A DNA stretch of 64,000 nt from Azolla caroliniana (lineage: Eukaryota; Plantae; Polypodiophyta): positions 372,001 through 436,000 of the forward strand of contig JBHGNT010000015.1 of assembly GCA_043228905.1 (NCBI GenBank), in the 5' to 3' direction. The notes below the pieces were generated by a model that ran no database searches, was not told the origin of the DNA, and saw nothing but the letters and a program-made list of their open reading frames with translations. The first letter of the stretch is position 1. Each line of letters starts with the position of its first letter. The position numbers were made by a program, and so were the translations under genes. Below, in pieces: positions 22,677 to 33,900 of the stretch.

Positions 22677-23747
22677 ATGGTTGCCCCTTTAGCACGACAA
22701 GCGAGATCGGCTAATATTCTATGCGATGTTGGTGAGGAAACCATAACATCCCCAATATCTAGCTCTTATGTTCCTTTCAAATGGGAAGAAGCTCCAGGGA
22801 AGCCCATATGCAATGAAAGCACTCTAATTGAACATCATGACACCTCCAACAACCCCCTCCAATTGCCCCCAAGACTTCAATTGCAAACGGAAAGTCTCCT
22901 ATGGAAAAAGAGTCACCAGAAGATTCCATTCAAAAGTCACCACTTCACGAAACTATATAAATCTATGCAGCGAGCTAGCAAGCGTAGACATTTCCAAATA
23001 ATGTTCGGTGACAAAGATACTGCGCTAATTGATGATACCAATGAAAGTGATAATGAATTTGCTATTTCTATAGATAAGGTCTACCCATCTATACGAATAT
23101 ATGAAGATCTTGATGATGTGCTCAATCATTGTGACGATAGAGAAAGGAAATGGTGCTCACCACAACAAACCCTCAAGTCTCCTTTGTGGCATCCTCGTAA
23201 ACTAGGGCAACGTGGATCTCATCACCGTGATAACGTTCATGAGAGGTTTAGTAAAGCACAGAAAACCTCTCACATACCAACTATAAATGAATCGCTTCCG
23301 ACACTTACATGGACAAACTTCGACCCAAATGATGAGGACACACATAAAAGTAGCACGGGAAATGTAGCCTCCATGATGTTTAAAGACATCATCAAAAGGA
23401 CCTATAAGTTTCAAAAGAAGAAAGATGTTAATGTAGACATTTGGTCACCCACTCTAGCCACTTACCTTTACAACCAACAAAAGATGGAGGAAGAGAGCAA
23501 TCAATTTCCTTATATCTTGCAAAATAAATCATTTCCAATAAATGGTCATATGTATTACCGATCGAAAAGCCTAAAATGCTATTTTGAAGATCACCAAGAA
23601 CCTCGTAAGGCTATACACAAATCAAGCTTGAGCTATGATGACAAATATGGACAATTTGACAATTCTATCAATACCAAAGGGAGCGAGCTCAAATGCAAGG
23701 GGAAATGCACTGTTTCGAAAACTATTCATATATTGGTAAGATCGTAA
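22677..23747 (+). CDS. DUF688-like plant protein of unknown function (356-aa uninterrupted ORF)
   Basis: Long ORF in AT-rich DNA with N-terminal VPFKWEEAPGKP and LQLPPRL motifs typical of DUF688-like proteins. Possible acceptor TGCAG|G at 22662 suggests a 5' UTR intron. The rest is low-conservation sequence. Confidence 0.72.
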   Translation: MVAPLARQARSANILCDVGEETITSPISSSYVPFKWEEAPGKPICNESTLIEHHDTSNNPLQLPPRLQLQTESLLWKKSHQKIPFKSHHFTKLYKSMQRASKRRHFQIMFGDKDTALIDDTNESDNEFAISIDKVYPSIRIYEDLDDVLNHCDDRERKWCSPQQTLKSPLWHPRKLGQRGSHHRDNVHERFSKAQKTSHIPTINESLPTLTWTNFDPNDEDTHKSSTGNVASMMFKDIIKRTYKFQKKKDVNVDIWSPTLATYLYNQQKMEEESNQFPYILQNKSFPINGHMYYRSKSLKCYFEDHQEPRKAIHKSSLSYDDKYGQFDNSINTKGSELKCKGKCTVSKTIHILVRS

Positions 23748-24719
23748 ACTTTTTATAAACTTCATAAGTCCTAGATAAGATGATGACTTGGAATTCATTA
23801 GATTACATGCAAAAACTTAATGAAAGAAGTCTACTATAAGACGCAACACAATGTTTGAATGTCTTTAAACTCATAGAACATCCACACATATTTAGGTGTG
23901 ATCATGTTGCAATATTCTCTAGCTAAACTCCTGTCATAACCTTTTCTTCTTGTTCCACCTAAATAGAATATACAATGACATAACAAGTGATTTTATTATG
24001 TTACATAATACTATATATTCATTTGAAGGCATGTTAACCAAGGTGAATGAAAGTTTAGTCATGGATTAGTAAGAGTTAGGTGGAGGGATATATGGAAGAC
24101 ACTACATGGGAGAGAAGAAAAGTAATTTAATGCTTGTGGAGGCTACATAAAAGATACAAATCATTTAAATGTTTGAGATCACAATAGGAAATGGCATTTC
24201 ACCTCTCCTTATGTCACCACCTTGTGAACTAGGATGAAAAAAACTCAAGGAAGGTCATTCAATCTTCACATTATTGAATGGCATATCTAACCATACCACT
24301 ATATTTCATTGGGCGATATTCTAAACACATCGTGTACCCAACTGGAAATTCTCAAATGTGTCAATGGTTTCTTTTAACCCTAATGTTGGAGTTTGTCTTC
24401 CTCCTATTGTCTATATTGTTTTAGGTGCGGAAGGTAATAACAACACAAACTTTACTTATTAACTCTTGACAAAATGCAACTACATAATAGGTGGAGTCTA
24501 TGGTGATGTCGATAATGTGTTGTGGTCACGCAATCTTGCCATGGTTTTAACAATGTATCGATTCACTTTGATGCAATTTTTATGTGCACTTTGAGGATCC
24601 ATTTGTGTGAACTAATATATCATTTTTTTCTTAGCCTCCCTCTCTAGAGATGTGGTCATTTATAATTTGCACTTTAGGACCCATTTCCCCTTTGTCTAGA
24701 AAAATAATTATTCTTTCTT

Positions 24720-25265
24720 TTTTCTTTTTTTTCTTTTTTTCTTTCCAAAAGAGAATATACTCCATTAGTTAAAATATACATGAACACGATCCCTTTCTCA
24801 AGTAGGCCGTGCCAAGATTATCCTAGCCTACATACGAGATCTCACTTATTTATCTTACACTTTTACATATGACTCAAGCCATCCTTTCAGATACATCACC
24901 TACCTTCACTATCCCACTTGCCATGTCTTTCACGCCCCTTGTTCCACTAATGGGAGGGGGAAACAACCATCTGGGTACATCATACTTCCATAGTATATCC
25001 ATTCCATTTGTTGCGGCCATCGGTGTCGTACACCATCTTTTTCGAAAATTCAGCCTCATTAGGTCTGCAGCATCATTAGTACCATTAATCCGCTCATATT
25101 GAGCTCTTAGTGTAGTTATGAGTGTGTGCCAAATTAGCTTAATCGATTCAGCTAGAGGGCGTTTGTGTGCGGAAAATACCCTGGTACACCTTGTTGTCCA
25201 TATATGCCATATAGTAATGGGGGCAAGCAACATCCAAAGATCTTCAAGTTTTTGATTTTGTACAC
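24720..25265 (-). mobile_element. 5'-truncated L1-type LINE with A-rich tail and 17-bp TSD
   Basis: Minus-strand peptide ITIWHIWTTRCTRVFS...FRKRWC matches the WxIWxxRxxxVF pattern of L1 ORF2 C-termini. T-rich tail at ~24720-24745. AATAATTATTCTTTCTT is duplicated at 24703-24719 and 25266-25282. Confidence 0.88.
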
Positions 25266-25390
25266 AATAATTATTCTTTCTTAAGTTCTCCTTTGAGAAA
25301 GATATGCTTCACCAAACACATTGTCCTCTCTTTAGATCACAATATTTCGTTTATGCTCGTTGCCCCTTTGCTCACTTCACATTATTGATA

Positions 25391-25533
25391 AAGAGTCACC
25401 TACATAATCACAACACTCTCAATGAGTGTCCATACACGTCTTGGCATATAATTTTCTACCAACCAAGAGTCACCTACATAATCACAACACTCAATGAGTG
25501 TCCATACACGTCTTGGCATATAATTTTCTACCA
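25391..25533. repeat. ~70-bp tandem duplication
   Basis: AAGAGTCACCTACATAATCACAACACTC(TC)AATGAGTGTCCATACACGTCTTGGCATATAATTTTCTACCA twice. Confidence 0.92.
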
Positions 25534-25869
25534 TTATAGTAATACAAGCAAATCTGATAGTATTAGATTAAGATTTCTAGATTTAGGTTTATTGACTATG
25601 TATAAACATAGCATTGTCCATTACTTAGGTGGATAAGAGGTGTAAATATGGAGGGTGTCAAAATGTTACGTTAAAAGTTCTTCAATCTGGGAAGATTTTT
25701 GCCAAAACAACACCTTCCGTTTTTTTTTTTTATTGTCTTATGTCACTGTCATGTTTCCAAACACTTTCACATTTCATAATTGCAACTTGCAAGCAAAAAT
25801 TCCACAAAAAGACAAACTTGAGTGTTTCCACCAACTACATGAAAAATAATTTAGTACATATTCTTGCTT

Positions 25870-26190
25870 CATGGACAAAAGTATAACTTGAACTTTTGAC
25901 GTGATATATGAATATTTGAATTGGAAATTTTTGTTTCATTACACTTGGTAGAATACTATCATTTCTTGGACAAAGTATAATTTGGACCTTCAAGGTAATA
26001 TACATTGATTTGAATTGGAAATTTTTGTTTTACAATTGAGAACAAAAACTACTCGGAGACAAACTTCAATTCCAACAACTATAGGAAAAATATATAAGTA
26101 CACATAGTAGCATGCTATTGTTTCATAGACAAAATATAATTTGAAACTTCAAGGTAATCTATGATGATTTGAATTGGAAATTTTTGTTTT
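25870..26190. repeat. Degenerate local repeat, 3 copies
   Basis: GACAAA..ATAA(C/T)TTG...TTTGAATTGGAAATTTTTGTTT recurs near 25875, 25968 and 26128. Confidence 0.75.
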
Positions 26191-27918
26191 AGTATCATAT
26201 TTTCTGCCACTCTCTTTGCTTGAATAACCCAAACTATCAAAATTACTTGTTTATATACATCCATGGAGTTAGAGTGACTTTGATTTTGTATTTAACTTTT
26301 ATGTTTTTGTCTTAGGTTTCCACAATAAAGACCATCTTTGTGGGGAGAGGATCTCATCAAGGGAGGATAATCATCAATTGACATTAAATAGTAGAATAAC
26401 CTAAGGCTCCTTCATAGGGTATCCAAATGACAACACTGCGCATTAAATCTTGGAACTATTCAACCTTACAAACACATCTAATTGTTTAGAACCTTCGTGG
26501 TAGCACAAGCTAATGTCATTCATAAACTAAAACCTAAGGATGCCCACCGACCTTTTGACATAATCCATTGTCTATAGGGTATTAAATAATTGTTACAAAC
26601 TAAGATCCAAATACTTGATTAAACATATCATATATACAAAAGTGCATAGGACTAAATAACCATGAATTGCTTGCATCCTTACATTTTATGTTATTGAATT
26701 GCAAGATAGAAATGGTGTATTGTACATATCGCTTCATTTCATAGCTAAGCCCTCTTTCACTTTTCAATCTCTTACAATTTGGATAGAGCTTGTTGTTACA
26801 TAATCCATGCTTGATTCTCTTTGTAATAATCTAAATTTTGATTCAACAGCAATTGTCACTAAATTCCATTTTTTGTGTGTATTCTACAAAATGTTCACAT
26901 AGCCTGAACTAGAAGCGAGAATACTTTTTGCCCTTATCTTCTAAATTCACCAACAAGATCTTCCAACTGATGAAATAAGAATCCAATGTCCTCTTGGTGG
27001 TAGAGGAGATTTTTAGTATCTATGTTTAGAGAGAAGTATCTTTCACAAATTATGTCTTAATGAGTATGGCGGGCCTATGGCCATTATATGTAGCCTAAAT
27101 TTAAAGTGAGTCTGTTGAGCCAAGCAAAATATTTAGAGACATGTTTTAGTGTCTATAAAAATCCTTACTCCTAAAATATCTTCCATAAATTATGTGCTAT
27201 TTAATATGGTCATTATATATAGCCTAAATTTAAGCGAGTCGTTGACCCAGGCACAAAATTTCACCATGTCATTTTTTTAAAAGCAAATTCAAATGACATA
27301 ATTTACTGTATACTTTCATTCCTTAGCAGGCATTTCTCACATGGTGATACCTAGGACTACCAGCCATTCAAATGTGGTAAAACTGTAGGACTACATATTA
27401 GTCTTATATGAATTCCTCCACACGATCGTACTCTGAGGAATCGTAGGATAATTGAAAATTCTGAAGGGAAAACAATTCCTTAGAATAGATATCTTTCCCC
27501 TCCAGTTTGCTTACTTCAAACGTGAGCTGCAACAGCTAAATGCTAGAGGCAGAATTACTAGAAATAACATGATACCCTTTTACTACATCTTAAAAACCAG
27601 CTATACACCTAAAAAAGGCTGTGTGGTCTCCACACATTCAATACCCAAAAAGTATATGTATAGATATTTATAATTTTCATATGTACTAACCAAAACACTA
27701 TCGCCAATCAACTTTACACCACAGTTGACTAAAGTGGACTGCAGAAAGGATTTCCACAGATCAATTATGGTAATTTAGGATGGCAGAAACAAAATATTTG
27801 GAGTATTGCAATATACCCCAACATAGCTCACTGGGGTACAAAGTTCCATTGGGAGTTATTGAAGTGTACATACAATGTACAAATACGAAACTCGGAAAAT
27901 ACATCATCCACAAACTAA

Positions 27919-30900
27919 CTACTTCCCAGATGCCTTTCGTCTACTTTTGTGTCCATTCTTAGAACGCTGACCCCTTCGTGATGCTGTAAATAATTCATGT
28001 ACCTGCATGAGAATGGCTCCAGGAAGATGTGAACCCAAATGCTTCCGTCTATTTTCGCCACGCTGAATAGAAAAGATGATGACATCAGCTGCAGTGAAAT
28101 TAGAGATATGCAGCAAACATTCTGTAGTTGAAATAAAGTATGACAAACATTCTGCTCTTTTTAATAGAAACGAAGTCTTGATGAAACTTTGTGAATCATG
28201 AAAGTGTATTTGACCAGTATTTGAACAGTGCAATTTTAATGCTAAACAGATTCCCGCTATTTCAGTGCAGTCAACTTTATCTATTTTAGAGAATTTCATG
28301 TTTTACTAGCCACCGTAGCAGTGCCATTTTAATGCTAAACAAATTCCCACTATTTCAGTGCAACTGTTCACAAGGCATATAGTAACGTCTTAAAAATGGC
28401 CTATAAGACCAAACAAGAGATTACATCTTAAAATGTACTCTTGTCTTTGTAAACAATAAACGAAAATAAATGTACGGGACTAAAGAATCCTCTTATCTAT
28501 ACATGAACGATTCTTACATCAGATGGAAAGGGACGGAAAAGATTGAGTAATAGTTAGAGTAAGAGTACAAAAGGGATCAGTGTATACGATGGAGAAATAA
28601 CCAAAATAAGGCAGAAAAAAACACGATTCTGAATGTGCAACTTCTGTATATGCCTGTTAATGCCTAACAAACTACCTCAGATTCAAACTACCATGAGAAC
28701 TCAGAGGAATGTTTTGTTATGTTTGTCTCATGCTCGATCTCACATGTGATTTAACATAACAAACTATCGCAGGAAACGGGTAGGTCACTCCTCATCTCAG
28801 ATAAAACATGTGATCAAAAGTCACCTCTCGCACGGCTGCCATCCATAGTAATAATCCACGCTCATTCTCTTTACTTTTTGTGTGGTGCTCTGGGATCTCC
28901 TCAACTCGGTCAATGTTATCATTGGAGAAATAATAATCGCACTACTTCTGCAGCAGCAGCAGGCCTCTATGCAGTAGCAGTAAGTCTCAATTTTCTTGAT
29001 GAGAAGTAAAAACATCAATTTATCATTAATATTCGGTTTTGCAAGTCCAGCTTTGCATTTCACCCATTTTGTCAGCCAAAACATGTTCCACGTGTAATTG
29101 GTGAAACAATTAGTCAAGCATAAGCACCTCATGTGTCCCGCTAATATAAACCAGACACCTTTGTAATACTGAGCTACTAATCACAACAGCCAATTTGTAT
29201 ATCAATACAAACTACTTTCAAAAGGTAAATTTACAAAACCGCTACTTGTTAAGACAGATACCATACTACATAAAATCACATGTGTGTGCTGACTTTTCTT
29301 TTAATATTTATGTAGATAAGCAAAAAAATGTTAACAAATAGCAATACTCACATACCTGTAAGTTTAACTTATAATGCCTGTTGCTTGCTCTGACAAGATT
29401 CCTCCACTTTTGCTGCTAGCCAATAATCACAAACCATTAGCAGGATTCAGCCATTTGTACTTTCACTTAAGATCTGTTCATGAGCCCTTTAGTAAAACGT
29501 TTTTTGAGTAGCATACTACATAAAATCAACACCAATCCCCACAAAAGGCAGTACAAATCCATTCTCCTCCATTTTTATGGTAAGATAAATGCTGTTAATT
29601 TAATGCATACCAATAAATAATATTTAACATAAAGACACGAAACATGATTAATAACGCTACGACTATCAGGTTAATTATCACCATAATCTCCTGGGGCATA
29701 CAATGCAAAGCTTCAAATATCAAGTCACACCTCTTCCAATATTGGATGAGTGCCTTGCATGTATCTAGAAACACAAAGGCTTCAAATAATTTGCCTCCAT
29801 CCCAAACTATCATGGAAATTTTCCAGGTCAACTTTGTCTGATGCCTGATGAACCATCCTGGACGTTTATTACAGAAGGGAGCATATAAGAAAAGATATAC
29901 TTCCGAGGACCTGGCAATTGAAATTCAAAGGCGTACAAAGGAACGCTGTTATCTACAACGAGATAAATTTATTGTTCGTTTTCAGGAACCAATTGGGCAA
30001 TAATCTAGCTCATAAACTTTGTATCTTAATAGAAATATTTAAGCCAATAGAAAGTATGCTAAACCATATATCTTGCATCCATGGCACAAACTTGTCTAAT
30101 AATCATAATTGAAAATAATACTGCATGGATAGATCACTAAACAATTCTGTCATCTGCAGATAAAAACAATGCAGTGGGATAGTGACTGACCTTTACGTCG
30201 GTGGAAGAGCGACCAGCAGCACCAGGGAATGAGAACTTCTTGATATCAACCCACTTCCCAATTCCACAATGAGTTACACCCTCCAAGAGTTTTACAACTT
30301 CTTTCACAGTCCAAGGATGAGCATATTTTCTTGATTTAGGATTTTTTTCACCTGGGACCCCATTTTTAGAAGAATTCCCTTCACTAAGTTTTGAAGCTGT
30401 TTCCACTATTTCCATATTATGCTGTGGTGACAATGATGATGCAGATGTAGCACCCTGATACAACCAATCAATTTCACCCTCTCTGTCTCTCCACATGGCA
30501 TTTAGATCTGAGACATAGTCTCTACCACAATCTCTACGATCCTAGACTGTGCTAAAAATTTAGAAGCAAAAATAGATTGCAAAAAGAATAGCTAGTAAAA
30601 ACTACAAAAAGTAACTAACGACAGTAGCTGAGGCAGAACAACTTCATGAAGTTGCAGTCACAACAAATAACAAAGGATTGTTTCATGATCACTATATAAA
30701 GAACAAATATACCGCATATGCTGAAAAGATCAAGCCAAAAGGATATATTCTGAATGCAATGAATCACAAAAGCAAATCTGATAATAGAATACTTGAAATT
30801 AGAAGGAAACTTCATTATTAAAGCTTAGAAAAAGATAAGCAATATGCTCTTTTTAATTTTGGAGATCATAAATAATTTCATGTAGCACAGTTCAATTTTC

Positions 30901-33900
30901 ATTATGGTTGTAAATGATATACAAGGTTTTGCAATAAAGATCTCAACTACTCTCCTCAGATACACTTTGACATTTCCTCATATATCTTCACTGAATCTTT
31001 CTAGGAATATTTTTCTCACTTGTACAAGAATTATAATTTGATCTTTTCGCCTTTAAGCCACTTGGAAATTTTTAACCTGATCATACAGTTCAAGTGGTCA
31101 AAGTGCCCAATTTAATAAAATGATGTCCCAAAACCATTGATTTGGGGCTTAAAAATGCATGAGCTCTCTGTCCTTCTCCACTTACCTGCATATATACAAT
31201 TTCAAGAGCCACATACTCAATTGTGGCTATTTCATACACTTGTTACACCAACCCTTCTCTATGGTGTAGAAACCAGGGAACCAAGTCTGGAGGCTAGTTA
31301 ATACTATTGTTAGTGATTTGTTCTTATCTTCCATGTCTTATGAAGATAAAATTACAATATATCTGACTTGAGAATCTTACATGTACCGATAACAAGATTC
31401 TTTAGTCTCTTTTTATCTTTTTTACTTTTTTACTTAGTAAGATCTATTTATTTTGATTTGTTGTTCTCAAAGACGAGACACCACTTGACAACTAATCTCT
31501 TGTTTGGCCTTGTAGGCCATTTTGGCTGCTCTTGATTTGGAGCTCTACAAATGAATGTTTGCAGCGTTCTTGCATGGGATTTGCACACAAGTTTTGCTAC
31601 TCCAGATAAAGAAAATCCAGTATGCAAGCTGAAAAAAAGTCTTTATGGGTTCAAACAGGCCCCTAGACAATGTCTTTACAAAGGCAGCCACACAGCCTTG
31701 TTTGTACCCCATCATTCTTGTGTTGTACATTGATGATATGCAGCTGGTAAGGAATGGGCATATTAAAGCTCTAAAACAGCAGCTGAATGATGCATTCTCA
31801 ATGAAATATCTTGGTAATGCTGGGCACATTTTGGATACAAGCATTAAAACAATTGGCAACAGTGATTTCGTTCATTTTCACAAGAAAACTCCATTGAAAA
31901 AGTACATTGATGCAAAGGCAATAACTTAGTGTGCCACTACATCCTCATTTTGGGCTTATGAAGATGATGACGCAGCTAGCTATATGAGAGGTGTTTGTTA
32001 TGCATCATCTTGTGGGTCGCTCATGTGCCCTGGTTTCTACAAGACCAGATATTGCTCATGCAGTGGGAGTTGTGAGCCAGCTTATGGCTAATCCTAGTGA
32101 TGCGCATTGAGATATTGTCAAACAAATACAGAGACAAAATGTTTGGGTTCTGCAACTGAAATTGCAGGGAGAAGGTGCCTCAAATCCATGTAACTCCACT
32201 AGTGACAAAATTTATACATTGGCAGGGGGTGCAATTTCATGGTGCTTTAGACTTCAGAGGATAGTTGCACTATCTACTGCAAAGGCTGATAATATTTCAG
32301 ATACTACAGCTTCCAAAGAAGCCATATGGTTTTAACGCCTATTCAAACCTGCTGACTCTATCCACTTTTAACTTGTTCACACTGTCTGCTTTAATAACTT
32401 TAAGCACATGGTTATCCTAGATTTGGGGTCAAAACCTGTATGAGGTCAATGTCTCTCTCATGTTGCATGAGCCATCTTTCTATCACTCACTCATCTATAC
32501 CCGGTTTATCTGGGCACACCACCCCCATTCACAATATTTGTTATAAAGACATGAAGTTGATGATACACAAAATTGTCTCTGAAACAATGATGCCCTGAAA
32601 CACTCTTGAAGGTCCTAAGCATTCCTGAAATATCACATAATGTCATTTCAGGAACCTACCCATGGATAGATGGATACATCCATGTCAGGAAAGGTGATCA
32701 TATTATTGTGCATATGAAGGTTTGATCTCAATTACAAATAAGAGAAACGATAGAGAACACGAATCAAAGCCTGTAAAATACTGTGTAACAAAGCTTTCTA
32801 GGAGCCACAGAAGAAAGTCACATAAACAAGAAGAGTATATCATACCGACGTCTGAGTAGGAAGTGGCTTTATTTTGATTTTGATATGTGTTGATTTCACA
32901 CTCAGCCTTGCAGTACGTACTGAGATGGCCTTGCGAACAAGTTGTGCCGCTCTTCCAGATGACTTGGTATTCTATTCACCAGAGAGAAACATAAGTCAAT
33001 CAAAGATATTGAACAGAAATTTTAGAAATCAAGAATCCATTATATCCACCACCTTTCGGTTCTTTCTTGCTTGCCCTCTTCTTTTATAGGAAGATGGGGG
33101 TTTTATCTCAGGTATCTCTATATTATCTACAGCACTCTGCACTCCTTCATCCTCCAATGAAATGTTTGTTTCATTTATTTCTTGATTATCATCTTTTAAT
33201 GCAGAAGAAAATAAACCTGTATACATCCCATCGCTCATATTACACGCAGCAAGCTCCTCAATGTATCTTCTTGTAGGTTTGCGCTTCCTTTTCCCTTTGT
33301 TTTCTGATGACTTTACTTCATCAGACTTACCCATATTTCCTGAATCTTCAGAAGTAACAATCTGACTATTTTTCTTATTCTTGGGAAGTTCATGTGATAC
33401 AACAGATTCAAGAGATTCTGAAGACTTCCTTTTAGATCCTTTCTTTGACACAACTGATTTTGGACCCACTTTCAAGGAGAAAGCTGTATCTGGCAATCTG
33501 TTTGTACCACTTCGTGTTCTTGAAGCTGTAGGCGCCCTTGCAGAATCAAGCATAGTATTTCCATTTTGATTATCATAATCCGTAGTGAAGTGATTTTTAT
33601 TTTTGAGCCTGGGAAGTTTATCTGATACAACAGATTTATAAAAGTTTCTTTTGTGCCCTTTCTTTTTAACAATAGTTTTTGAGCTCTCTTTCAATGAGAA
33701 ATCAGTATCAGGCAACCTGTTTGTATCATTTTGTGTTGTTTCCACAGAAATTGTCCCTGCAGTTGGAGATGTAGGAGTCCTTGCAGAGACAACAATGGCC
33801 TCTGCATGAACAAGCATAGAGTTTCCATTTCCGTTATCACTAGATGTAGAATCCTTATTATGTTGCTTGTGCTCCGGATGTTCATGCAATACAATAGATT

